Shown piece after piece: positions 10,430 through 19,494 of a DNA stretch of 32,102 nucleotides. The translations under genes were made by a program, and so were the position numbers. Each line of letters begins with the position of its first letter. The first letter of the stretch is position 1. The notes beneath the pieces were generated by a model. The model worked only from the letters and a program-made list of their open reading frames with translations. It did no database searches and was not told where the DNA came from. This stretch comes from a virus (lineage: Duplodnaviria > Caudoviricetes): the IMG/VR virus record IMGVR_UViG_3300020043_000693, positions 1 through 32,102 of that record, one strand, 5' to 3'.

Positions 10430-10757
10430 TTTCACGCATACAAAAGGCGATACATTTAACGAAGTAGCTTTTGAAGTTAAAAAGAATGGCACGGCTATCA
10501 ACTTAACTGGTGCGACAATCAAAATGCAGTTGCGTAAATTATACTCAGATGTTTCTGCTGCTCTTTCATTGACTTCTGTATCTTCAGCAGGTATCACAAT
10601 TACCAATGCTTCAGCAGGTCAATTTAAAATCAATGCTCAAATTATTGACATTGAAGTGTTTAATTACGTTTACGACATTCAATTTACTTTGTCTAGTGGC
10701 GAAGTGAAGACTTATGTAAAAGGAGGATTTAACGTTACACCTGAAGTTACTCGCTAG
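10419..10757 (+). CDS. BppU N-terminal-like tail/baseplate protein
   Basis: KGDTF...INLTGATIKMQLR...YVYDIQFT...TYVKGGFNV pattern. Confidence 0.65.
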   Translation: MALNFTHTKGDTFNEVAFEVKKNGTAINLTGATIKMQLRKLYSDVSAALSLTSVSSAGITITNASAGQFKINAQIIDIEVFNYVYDIQFTLSSGEVKTYVKGGFNVTPEVTR

Positions 10758-10758
10758 A

Positions 10759-13350
10759 ATGGAAGATATTATAGACATTATAGTTACCGAAACAACAAAT
10801 ACAATTGAAATCACTTCTCAAGCAAGTGATGAATTGATTGATGTTAATATAATTGACAACAGAGAGGATATTACACTTAATGTGACTCCTACACTTGTCG
10901 AAATTAATATTAACTCATTAACAGGTAACTTTGGTGTTGAATGGGGAGATATTACAGGCACTTTAGCCAATCAAACTGATTTAAACACGGCTCTAGGATT
11001 AAAGGCGGATTTAGTAGATGGTAAAGTTCCATCTTCTCAGCTTCCTAGTTACGTTGATGATATCATCGAAGTTGCTACTTATTCAGCACTTCCAACAACA
11101 GGAGAGACAGGTAAGATTTATGTCGTTTTAGACACGAATTTAATTTATAGATGGTCTGGCTCAGCTTACATTGAGATAAAGGATTCAAGTGCGGTTTGGG
11201 GAGCAATTACAGGAACATTAAGCTCTCAGACTGATTTACAATCTGCATTAGATGCAAAGCAAGATGATTTAAACGGAACTGGATTTGTTAAGGCTAGTGG
11301 TACTACAATTAGCTATGACAATAGCACTTATTTAACTACTAGCTCGGCAGCTTCTACTTATGTTCCATACACAGGAGCGACTGCAAACGTAAATTTAGGG
11401 CAGAATTATAGTTTAACTGCAGCTTTAATTATAAAAAGCGGAGGTACTTCTACGCAATTTTTAAAGGCTGATGGAACAATAGATACAAATACTTATGCGC
11501 TAGATTCTGCGGTAGTTAAACTAACTGGTAACCAAACGATAGCTGGAGTAAAAACATTTACTAGCGGAATTGTTGCAGATGTTACAACTGGAGGCACTCA
11601 AGGTTTTGCTTCTACTAATTCATCTGCAAGTGGATCTTCTATATTTTTACAAAATAATAGCACTTCAGTAGGTAATGCCATTGGTATTAATAATACATCT
11701 ACGGCAGATGGTATTGCAATAGGAAATGAAACATCTGGTAGAGGTATTTACATTTCAAATGCTACAACTTCAGGAAGTGGTAAAGGTATCTCAATAGATA
11801 ACTACAACGGAGGTATAGGTATTGAAGTAGGCTCAGATTCTACGGCGGATGCTATTAAGATTTTGCACTTATCAGGAAGAGCTTTTAATATACAATCTAG
11901 CGGAGGCGGTTATGGTGTAATTATTAACAATACAACTGCTTCAACTTCTGCGCCTTTTACTATTCAAAAGCAAGGAGCTAATAAAATTACCTTTACAGAT
12001 GCTGGAGCTGGCACTTTTGTTTCTACAATTTCAGCAGCTGGAGCAACGCTTACTGGAGCTTTAAGCGGTACAACTGCTAATTTTTCTAGTCTTGTTAGTA
12101 TTATTGGAACATCTGCAGATTTTATCTTAGTAAGAGCAAATAACTCTAATACTGCAAATATACTTTTTGGAACTAATAATACTTATAGCTGGAGCGCTGG
12201 TCTTAGAAATATAGAAAATGAAAACTTCTATATTTACAATCAGACAAATTCTACTAATAGCGTAATAATTAATAATTCTACTAATGCAGTTACACTAGCC
12301 GGAGCTTTAAGCGGTACGAGTGCTACGTTTAGCGGTAGCGTAATTGTTGGAACAACTGCATTATTAAATTTTGGCCCTACGTCTAGCTTTGTTGGAATGA
12401 GTGGAAATAACTCAACGGGAGCTTTAGCATTATATGCAAATAATACACAAGTTTTAGGATTTGCAGCAACGTCAGGCGCAGCCACGTTTTCGAGTAATGT
12501 TACGGCTGGTCAATTTTATTCTAGCGTATCAAATGGAACTAATCAATTAGTTCTACAAACAAGTGGAGTAGATAGAGGATATATACAAGCTTCAAGTTCA
12601 ACATTATATTTGAACTCGCTTACTGGAAATGATATACAATTCCAAGGGAATGGGAGTACAAAAATGATAATTACTTCCGCTGGCAACGTCGGCATCGGAA
12701 CGACTTCGCCATTAGAAGCTTTATCTGTACAACAATTCCAGACTTCTTCTGAATCAGCAATAAGTATAACTAATACAAGTACTGGTAACAATACTACAAA
12801 AGGAGCTTCGATTTTATTTCAACTTACAGATACAGTAGGTACGGTAAAACCTAGTGCGGCTATAATAGCTTACCCTGATGCCGGTTATCCAAACGTTCAA
12901 AATGCTTCAATGATATTTACTACTAGAAGCGGTGATGGTGGACCATTTGAACGTATGCGGATTACTAGCGGGGGATTAATTTTTATGAATAACTTAGGAG
13001 GATATTCTGCTTCCTATGCAGACGTGCGCTACGATACAACGTCTAAAGAATTGTATTATCAAACTTCTTCACAAAGATATAAGGACAATATAGTAAGCTT
13101 AGAAGACAGCCTTTCAAAAATTGACCAATTAAGACCAGTAAGATATAGAGATAAGCAAACTCAAAAATATAACTGTGGATTAATTGCTGAAGAAGTAATT
13201 GAGATTATTCCAGAAGTAGTATTTAAAAAGCAAGTAGATGGATTTGATGAATTACAAATAGAGGGTATTAATTATTCAGACTTTACTCCTTTTTTAATTA
13301 AGGCAATCAAAGAATTAAAAGCAAAAATAGAAACTTTAGAAAATAAATAA
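10759..13350 (+). CDS. Tail fibre with C-terminal Peptidase S74 intramolecular chaperone
   Basis: Gly/Ser/Thr-rich repeats, GNVGIGTTSP and ERMRITSGG; C-terminal SSQRYKDNI...LRPVRY...GLIAEEV plus coiled coil. Confidence 0.85.
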   Translation: MEDIIDIIVTETTNTIEITSQASDELIDVNIIDNREDITLNVTPTLVEININSLTGNFGVEWGDITGTLANQTDLNTALGLKADLVDGKVPSSQLPSYVDDIIEVATYSALPTTGETGKIYVVLDTNLIYRWSGSAYIEIKDSSAVWGAITGTLSSQTDLQSALDAKQDDLNGTGFVKASGTTISYDNSTYLTTSSAASTYVPYTGATANVNLGQNYSLTAALIIKSGGTSTQFLKADGTIDTNTYALDSAVVKLTGNQTIAGVKTFTSGIVADVTTGGTQGFASTNSSASGSSIFLQNNSTSVGNAIGINNTSTADGIAIGNETSGRGIYISNATTSGSGKGISIDNYNGGIGIEVGSDSTADAIKILHLSGRAFNIQSSGGGYGVIINNTTASTSAPFTIQKQGANKITFTDAGAGTFVSTISAAGATLTGALSGTTANFSSLVSIIGTSADFILVRANNSNTANILFGTNNTYSWSAGLRNIENENFYIYNQTNSTNSVIINNSTNAVTLAGALSGTSATFSGSVIVGTTALLNFGPTSSFVGMSGNNSTGALALYANNTQVLGFAATSGAATFSSNVTAGQFYSSVSNGTNQLVLQTSGVDRGYIQASSSTLYLNSLTGNDIQFQGNGSTKMIITSAGNVGIGTTSPLEALSVQQFQTSSESAISITNTSTGNNTTKGASILFQLTDTVGTVKPSAAIIAYPDAGYPNVQNASMIFTTRSGDGGPFERMRITSGGLIFMNNLGGYSASYADVRYDTTSKELYYQTSSQRYKDNIVSLEDSLSKIDQLRPVRYRDKQTQKYNCGLIAEEVIEIIPEVVFKKQVDGFDELQIEGINYSDFTPFLIKAIKELKAKIETLENK

Positions 13351-13351
13351 T

Positions 13352-13678
13352 ATGGCATTTAACTTAGTAATATCTCAATTAGACTCTATCCCATCTATTG
13401 ACGGAATGGACAAAGTAATTTCTGTAATTCATTGGAGAGCACAGAAATTGTATATAGGAGAAGTGATTTCATTTACTGCGGATATTTACGGAGCTTTGGC
13501 AGTAGATGCACCACACGAAGCGAGCTTCACTCCTTACGATGAAGTAACTAAAGAAATGGTCGAAGGATGGCTAGAAGCTGGGCTAGACTGCGAGGCAATC
13601 GAAGCGAATTTAGATGCACAAATAGAGAACTTTTTAAATCCTCCTATTGTTGCTTATCCTTTGCCGTGGCAATCTTAA
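13352..13678 (+). CDS. Tail-fibre-associated small protein
   Basis: Directly follows the fibre gene; FTPYDEVTKEMVEGW and C-terminal LPW. Confidence 0.55.
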   Translation: MAFNLVISQLDSIPSIDGMDKVISVIHWRAQKLYIGEVISFTADIYGALAVDAPHEASFTPYDEVTKEMVEGWLEAGLDCEAIEANLDAQIENFLNPPIVAYPLPWQS

Positions 13679-13685
13679 AATTTAG

Positions 13686-13693
13686 TACATTTG
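13686..13693 (+). promoter_or_regulatory. Bacteroidetes housekeeping-type -7 element
   Basis: TACATTTG matches TAnnTTTG; intergenic, upstream of the lysis genes, with a TTTG about 22 nt upstream. Confidence 0.5.
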
Positions 13694-13721
13694 CAACACA
13701 AAAAACAAAACAAAAAACAAA

Positions 13722-13991
13722 ATGAAAATTGATTTAAACTTCAACTTAATTGATCTTGATGGCAAGGCTATCGAAAATGCAAACGCTGGAAAATTAGTAG
13801 CTAATTCATTAGTTCAACAATCTAAAGGCGATGCACTTAAATTCTGGGATTGGGCAGTAGCTTTAAACAAAGGCGAAACGCTTGATTTAGATTCTAGCGA
13901 TCAAGAAACATTCAAGAATTTTATAAAAGACAACGAGAACTTTGCAATCATTGCTAAAGCTCAGATATTACATAAACTCAAAAAAGAATAA
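13722..13991 (+). CDS. Hypothetical protein
   Basis: 89 aa ORF with an A-rich initiation region. Confidence 0.7.
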   Translation: MKIDLNFNLIDLDGKAIENANAGKLVANSLVQQSKGDALKFWDWAVALNKGETLDLDSSDQETFKNFIKDNENFAIIAKAQILHKLKKE

Positions 13992-13995
13992 TACT

Positions 13996-14283
13996 ATGGC
14001 ATTTTTAGACATCTTTAAGGATGACAATGAGATAAATGAAAAGGCAATCTTAGGATTTGCATCATTTGCAGTTTTAACCGTGTATGGCATCGCAGATGTT
14101 GTGACTGGTTTAGAAGGTCAAACTTTTGTTATTGAGCCGATTATCTTAGAGGTATTTGCTGGCTTAACATTTGGTTGCTTTGGAATCGCTTCTTATGAGA
14201 AAGTTGCAAATCGTAAAACAGATGCAGAGCGTGAGAAAAACTTGCAAGGAGACTTAAATCCACTTCCTGAAGATGAAGGTTAA
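13996..14283 (+). CDS. Putative holin
   Basis: ATG at 13996 preferred over the track start; two hydrophobic helices and a charged tail; upstream of the endolysin. Confidence 0.55.
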   Translation: MAFLDIFKDDNEINEKAILGFASFAVLTVYGIADVVTGLEGQTFVIEPIILEVFAGLTFGCFGIASYEKVANRKTDAEREKNLQGDLNPLPEDEG

Positions 14284-14878
14284 TATCGCTCTTTTCGTGT
14301 GTTGTATCATTGCAATCTTCTATGCTTACACTAAACACGTTCAAGCAGGAGAGGCAAAGCCAAACGACACGCTAGTAGTTCACGACACTACTTGGAAAAG
14401 ATACGATTCATTAATTGTCAAAAAAGTGCCTGTATTAAAAGAGATTGTTGTCGAGGTGGCATCTAAACCTGAGATGCTACCAGACACAAACTATGCAACT
14501 TTAAAAAGGCAATATATGGCTTTGCTTCAGTTGTATTTGAATAAGGTAGTTTATTCCGACACGATAAGAGTTGGAAACTATGGATACATTTCAGTTTTAG
14601 ACACAGTAAAAGAAAACAAACTTGCGAGCCGTAAGATTAAGGAGAACTATAACATTCCTGAGATTAAAGAAACGAAGACTATCACACGCTATTTACCGCC
14701 ATCACGATCTTTGTTTGTGGGTGGTGGAATTAATACAAGCAACTCAATAGGAATCAGAGGCATCGAAGCTGGCATACTTTACAAGACTAAAAAGGAATCA
14801 ATTTTTAATATCAAGGCTCAGGTAGACTTAGATGGTAAACCGATGTATGGTTTTGGCTATTACACTAAAATTAAATAG
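14273..14878 (+). CDS. Membrane-anchored lysis-module protein (spanin candidate)
   Basis: N-terminal hydrophobic segment and C-terminal amphipathic beta strands; lies between the holin and endolysin genes. Confidence 0.4.
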   Translation: MKVNIALFVCCIIAIFYAYTKHVQAGEAKPNDTLVVHDTTWKRYDSLIVKKVPVLKEIVVEVASKPEMLPDTNYATLKRQYMALLQLYLNKVVYSDTIRVGNYGYISVLDTVKENKLASRKIKENYNIPEIKETKTITRYLPPSRSLFVGGGINTSNSIGIRGIEAGILYKTKKESIFNIKAQVDLDGKPMYGFGYYTKIK

Positions 14879-15727
14879 ATGCTTTTAAGACTAGGTTCAC
14901 AAGGCGAAGATGTAGTTAAGCTCCAAATTAAATTAGGAGTAGATCCGATTGGTAAATTTGGGCCGAAAACTGAGGCGGCAGTAAAAGGCTGGCAATCAGC
15001 TCACGGATTAGCACCAGATGGAATTGTAGGAGATGCAACGTGGGCAAAGTTATTTGCTCCAGCAATAGAAACACCTACACCGCAACCAATCGTTGCTCCT
15101 GTGCCAACTATTGAAGCCACAAGTGCATTTAAACTTGATAGATTAAAAGGTCACATTCCTCAAGGAGTTATTGACCAAATACCTGACACGGCATCAAAGT
15201 TTGGAATTACAAACAATTTAAGACTTGCTCATTTCTTGGCTCAATGTGGTCACGAATCAGGAGGCTTTAGAGCAGTTAGCGAAAACCTTAATTATTCAGC
15301 TAAAGGATTGCTAGGTATATTTAGAAAGTATTTCACAAATGTAAACTTGGCTATGCAATACGAACGCAAACCTGAAAAGATTGCTAATCGTGTTTATGCT
15401 AATAGAATGGGGAATGGAAACGAGGCTTCTGGAGATGGATATAAGTTTAGAGGTCGTGGTTTTATTCAATTGACAGGTAAGGACAATTACACGTTATTTG
15501 ATGCAACCGTTCCAGAATCTATTATTTCACAACCTGATTTAGTTGCTACAAAATATCCTTTAGCATCGGCTGCATTCTTCTTTAAACGCAATAACCTTTG
15601 GGCAATTTGTGACAGAGGTGCAACTCCTGAAGTTGTAACGGCAGTCACTAAGCGTGTAAATGGCGGAACAATCGGAATTATTGACCGACAAAAGCATTTT
15701 AAAGAATACTATAATTTACTAGCATAA
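14879..15727 (+). CDS. Endolysin: peptidoglycan-binding domain plus glycoside hydrolase family 19
   Basis: GKFGPKTEAAVKGWQ...DGIVGDATW; HFLAQCGHESGGF, FRGRGFIQLTGKDNY and VTKRVNGG. Confidence 0.9.
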   Translation: MLLRLGSQGEDVVKLQIKLGVDPIGKFGPKTEAAVKGWQSAHGLAPDGIVGDATWAKLFAPAIETPTPQPIVAPVPTIEATSAFKLDRLKGHIPQGVIDQIPDTASKFGITNNLRLAHFLAQCGHESGGFRAVSENLNYSAKGLLGIFRKYFTNVNLAMQYERKPEKIANRVYANRMGNGNEASGDGYKFRGRGFIQLTGKDNYTLFDATVPESIISQPDLVATKYPLASAAFFFKRNNLWAICDRGATPEVVTAVTKRVNGGTIGIIDRQKHFKEYYNLLA

Positions 15728-15855
15728 TGGCAAAAGCAAAATCAAGTGGAGAATCAAAGAAAGTTACATTTGGAACTAGAAGAAAAGGAAAGGCTAAAAA
15801 ATCTTATTCCAAATATCAAGAAAAACCAAAACCTTATAAAAGTCAAGGTCGATGA
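15727..15855 (+). CDS. Small very basic protein (42 aa, MAKAKSSGESKKVTFGTRRKGKAKKSYSKYQEKPKPYKSQGR)
   Basis: Translated by hand; TAATG overlap with the endolysin stop and ATGA overlap with the next gene. Confidence 0.65.
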   Translation: MAKAKSSGESKKVTFGTRRKGKAKKSYSKYQEKPKPYKSQGR

Positions 15856-16367
15856 ACAACGCATTTGCAATTACCGCCAAGATTGTTTCTCTAATCATTG
15901 GCATGAGTTTTACGGTACAAAGCTATTTCATTTATAAGCACTTTGTTCCTAGTGAGCCTATCACGGTTGCACCAGTAGAAAACAAGGTACAAATCGGTGC
16001 TTTAGCTGGTAATAGAAACATTGCATTTGGTGTTAAAAACATCCTAGAAGAATACCTTGTCGTAAAAGAATACGATTTAGCAGATGGCTCAGATAAGGTT
16101 TTAAAAGTAGAGATTCTTTACTTAGATATATTTAAAAGAGAAGCAAACCTTTCTATCTTTCACGGAGCTACTGATGCGGTTGTAATTCGATTAAGAGGCA
16201 CGTTATATGAAAAAGGTAAGGTCGTAAGTAAGGCAATCGTAGAAGAGCAGGCAGAAGAGGTATCAATGTCAACATTGCTAGTAGATGAAGGTGGGAAATT
16301 TAATCAGCAAAATCTTTCAAGTGCTTTAAAAAAATCGTGCAACTCTTTAATCAATAAATTGCTTTGA
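15852..16367 (+). CDS. Membrane-anchored CsgG-like protein (short paralog)
   Basis: N-terminal hydrophobic helix; shares GVxNIxxExL and KFNQ......KK motifs with 18787..19494. Confidence 0.5.
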   Translation: MNNAFAITAKIVSLIIGMSFTVQSYFIYKHFVPSEPITVAPVENKVQIGALAGNRNIAFGVKNILEEYLVVKEYDLADGSDKVLKVEILYLDIFKREANLSIFHGATDAVVIRLRGTLYEKGKVVSKAIVEEQAEEVSMSTLLVDEGGKFNQQNLSSALKKSCNSLINKLL

Positions 16368-18133
16368 AAAATCTTCTCGTCTTTGTCTTGTTGCTAATTA
16401 GTCTTTCGGCTAACTCTCAAACAATTAAACTTTATTTTGCAAACGACACTACCAATACAAATGTAGAAGGTCAAGTAATTAATAAAGGAGATACGTTTGA
16501 TGTCATAGTTTATGGCGATGGCAATAGTAACTTGTCAGCTCGTGCTTTATACTTTGACTTTGAATATCAAAACGATGCTTTTGAGTTTATCTCAATTAAT
16601 CACACAGGTACAGGTGGCAATGGCGGAATCATACCTTATGGCTCACAGATTTCTCAATCTCATTATTTATATCCCGGTTATTCGTTTTATAAAACGGCAT
16701 CAAATAATACATCAAACGGAAATACTAACTACAACTTTGCTCAATACAACTACACTCAAGGAGGCAATAAAACGATTCTACGCTATTATCTCAATTGGGC
16801 AGTACAATCGGGTGGTTTAGGAAAAGATAGGCTATTAGTGCTTAAATTTAAGCTAAAGACAACGGCTCAAGGCTTTGCATGGAATCCAATCTTAATGAAC
16901 TTTGCTGCTGCATTTAATCAAGATGGAAGCTCAGGTGCTACATTGATGGAAATTCCATTGACAAACGTTATTATGCTGGATCCTACGGCATCTAAATATG
17001 TAACGGCAAAGCTAGAAACAAATGCTAACATTGACCAGCTTACTCTTAATCGTGTTGTATTTGAGGATACATTAAGAAAGACAATCCATCGTTTTGATGC
17101 TTTAAGTGATGGCACGATTCCTGTTGATCAAACGATATTACAACCGAATACGGTTTATCGTGTTTACAACTCAGTAAACGCTGATTCATATCTTGAATTA
17201 CACTCATCAGCAGTTACGGTTTCCGACTTCACAACTGCACAAGCTGAGTTTAATACTCAAAACTTAGATGGCACATTTAAAGGGCAATCAATTATAACTG
17301 GACAAGGCTATCTAGCAGCGGATATTAATAAAAACAAAAAGTTTGATGGAGGCGATGTTGTTAGGATATTTAGTCAAGCAGTAGGAGTTGATCCGATTGT
17401 TGCAATGAAGCCAAACTACGTTGCAGGAACAGACACCTATTACGGAGTGCCTACGTTTACAGATTCGACATTCAATGCTATTACTGCAACTAATTGGAAG
17501 GACATTAATAGTGATGTCGTTTACTTTAAAACGCAGGAGATAGGAAAAAATTTAAAGCTCAATTTAAAATATGGTTTAATAGGCGATATTAATAGAAGTC
17601 ACTCATCTCAAGTAATGAATGGAACTACTATTGTAAGCAATGCAATACCATCGTTAAAGAAAAATTTCGGTAGTCCAACTTCAAACATCTTAATCAATAC
17701 AACACAACCTTTGCAAGCAATTGATGTAACTATTAAGAGCCAAACTATTACTAGCAATACGATTGAGATTCCAGTTGCCATTGACACTAAATCCTTGACA
17801 CTCTCAGGGCTTCAATTTGAGTTTATGTATGATAGTTCAAAACTAAAATTTGAGAGCATCACAAACGATTTACCGAATACTTGGTACACGTTTGTAAATA
17901 ACAAAGATGGCAAGATTAAATTTGGCTCAATAGACAAAGAAATGAAAGTGCCAGTTGTTGGCAGTCTAGTTCCTTTTAAATTAAAGTTTAGTGCGATTAA
18001 TAACGGAAGTGACTTAAATACGTTTATTAAAGTGAGTCCAGTAATGGATGCTAGTAGTAAAACAGGCTACCAATTAGGCATAAACCTAAACACGGATAAC
18101 ATAAAACTAACAGGAATAAATTTATTCAAATGA
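16364..18133 (+). CDS. Secreted cohesin-dockerin-cohesin protein
   Basis: Signal peptide (SANS|Q). Cohesin-like GDTFDVIV...LYFDFEYQNDAFEFISI and IEIPVAID...LSGLQFEFMYDSSKLKFESI...FKLKF; dockerin/EF-hand-like ADINKNKKFDGGD. Confidence 0.7.
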   Translation: MKNLLVFVLLLISLSANSQTIKLYFANDTTNTNVEGQVINKGDTFDVIVYGDGNSNLSARALYFDFEYQNDAFEFISINHTGTGGNGGIIPYGSQISQSHYLYPGYSFYKTASNNTSNGNTNYNFAQYNYTQGGNKTILRYYLNWAVQSGGLGKDRLLVLKFKLKTTAQGFAWNPILMNFAAAFNQDGSSGATLMEIPLTNVIMLDPTASKYVTAKLETNANIDQLTLNRVVFEDTLRKTIHRFDALSDGTIPVDQTILQPNTVYRVYNSVNADSYLELHSSAVTVSDFTTAQAEFNTQNLDGTFKGQSIITGQGYLAADINKNKKFDGGDVVRIFSQAVGVDPIVAMKPNYVAGTDTYYGVPTFTDSTFNAITATNWKDINSDVVYFKTQEIGKNLKLNLKYGLIGDINRSHSSQVMNGTTIVSNAIPSLKKNFGSPTSNILINTTQPLQAIDVTIKSQTITSNTIEIPVAIDTKSLTLSGLQFEFMYDSSKLKFESITNDLPNTWYTFVNNKDGKIKFGSIDKEMKVPVVGSLVPFKLKFSAINNGSDLNTFIKVSPVMDASSKTGYQLGINLNTDNIKLTGINLFK

Positions 18134-18486
18134 GATATTTAATCATTGCTCTTACTATTGTAATCGCAACATCTTGTACTGAGCCTGAGATTGTCGTTAA
18201 TGATCCTATTAGTTTAGGCTCTAAGCCTGAAAATAATGCCTTAATAGGCTATTCTATTGTTGGTAGAACTGCTTACATAAGAGCAAAGACAACTATTGGA
18301 GCTAAATACTCGCTTCAATTAACAAAACTTGGCGAATCTGAGGCATTAAAAGCACAAGGATTTACTGCATCGGCAGATGAATCAAATCTTGTAGTGAACT
18401 TTGATAATACAAAAGCAGGTATTTACGACTTAATTTTAATTGACACAGAAGGAAACGTTTCCAAATTACCCATAAACATTTTATAA
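18130..18486 (+). CDS. Lipoprotein with an Ig-like domain
   Basis: Lipobox IATSC; C-terminus NTKAGIYDLILIDTEGNVSKLPINI resembles the T9SS C-terminal sorting domain. Confidence 0.6.
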   Translation: MRYLIIALTIVIATSCTEPEIVVNDPISLGSKPENNALIGYSIVGRTAYIRAKTTIGAKYSLQLTKLGESEALKAQGFTASADESNLVVNFDNTKAGIYDLILIDTEGNVSKLPINIL

Positions 18487-18487
18487 A

Positions 18488-18793
18488 ATGGCAGAAGAAC
18501 AAGAAGGCGGAGGCTCATTAAAGAGCATCCTTATTGGATTAATTAGCACGGTAACTATTGCAGTTGGTGGATTTATTACAAAGCAATTAACAGGCGAAGA
18601 GGAGGCAGAACAACCAGCTCAAACTTCAGCACCTGCTCCAGTAATTAACATTACGACTAACAACACTCAGCAACAAAAGCAAGCATCAGGCGGTGGCACA
18701 AAGGTAATTGAGCGTGTGGTAGAAAAACCTGCGAAAGAAAAGCCAAAACCAAAGACTGCAAAAGAAGAATTAGAAGAAGCACCAAAATGGTAA
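18488..18793 (+). CDS. Single-pass membrane protein with a Pro/Gln/Lys-rich linker
   Basis: ILIGLISTVTIAVGGFI transmembrane segment followed by a low-complexity tail. Confidence 0.6.
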   Translation: MAEEQEGGGSLKSILIGLISTVTIAVGGFITKQLTGEEEAEQPAQTSAPAPVINITTNNTQQQKQASGGGTKVIERVVEKPAKEKPKPKTAKEELEEAPKW

Positions 18794-19494
18794 AATGGAC
18801 TATTTGCTTATTGTTCTTATCGTTGTCCTGCTTTGGGCAGATAGCTTCGACAAAGACTGAAAGCTACACGGCATCGTTTGAAAAGAAGATCAACATTGAT
18901 TCTTTGATGGATTACGATGGCCCTAAAATTCCTATTCAATTACTTTCTCTTGGCATAAGCGAGGAGGTGTATGCTTCCTATCCAGAGCTTAAAGATAAGC
19001 GTGTTGGATTAGGTGTTACTAATATCGTTGTAGAGTTCTTAGAAGAAACAAATCGTTTCACGTTTACTGAAGATAAGGCTGAGATTAAGAATCGAATGGT
19101 CAAGCAATTCCAAGCATCACAAGCAGGAATTAGCGAGAACAAACTAGATGGTAGAGGCAAGATAAAGCTCGCACAATACTTTGTTTATATAGAAGTCTAC
19201 GACTTCAGCATTAGCGAGGATGAATCAATCAGCTTTAAGGATGGAGTTAAGCAAACCGTAGTTACTAGACTAGGCTTACAGGTTAAGTTTGTAAACGCAG
19301 AGACTGGCGAATACTTTACAGGCTCAGGATTAGGCGAAGCAAAGACAACAAGAGAGGCTACACTAATGAACGATGGCAACTTTGCTGAGATTAAGTTCAA
19401 TCAATCTACAATAGGAAGTACAACAAAGAAAGCATTAGAGAACGCATCTGCTAAGATTATTGTTCGAATGATTAAGAAAAAGCTATTCAAATGA
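18787..19494 (+). CDS. CsgG/HfaB-family (curli-secretion-pore-like) protein
   Basis: Signal peptide; GLGVTNIVVEFLEETNRFTFTE, GKIKLAQYFVYIEVYDF and LQVKFVNAETGE match the CsgG-family pattern. Confidence 0.7.
   Translation: MVKWTICLLFLSLSCFGQIASTKTESYTASFEKKINIDSLMDYDGPKIPIQLLSLGISEEVYASYPELKDKRVGLGVTNIVVEFLEETNRFTFTEDKAEIKNRMVKQFQASQAGISENKLDGRGKIKLAQYFVYIEVYDFSISEDESISFKDGVKQTVVTRLGLQVKFVNAETGEYFTGSGLGEAKTTREATLMNDGNFAEIKFNQSTIGSTTKKALENASAKIIVRMIKKKLFK

Noticed and set aside
10759-13350. Diversity-generating retroelement acting on the tail fibre
   Set aside because: No reverse transcriptase and no template/variable repeat pair differing at adenines was seen.
15746-15937. 63 aa + strand ORF
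   Set aside because: Overlaps two better-coupled ORFs (15727-15855 and 15852-16367) out of frame.
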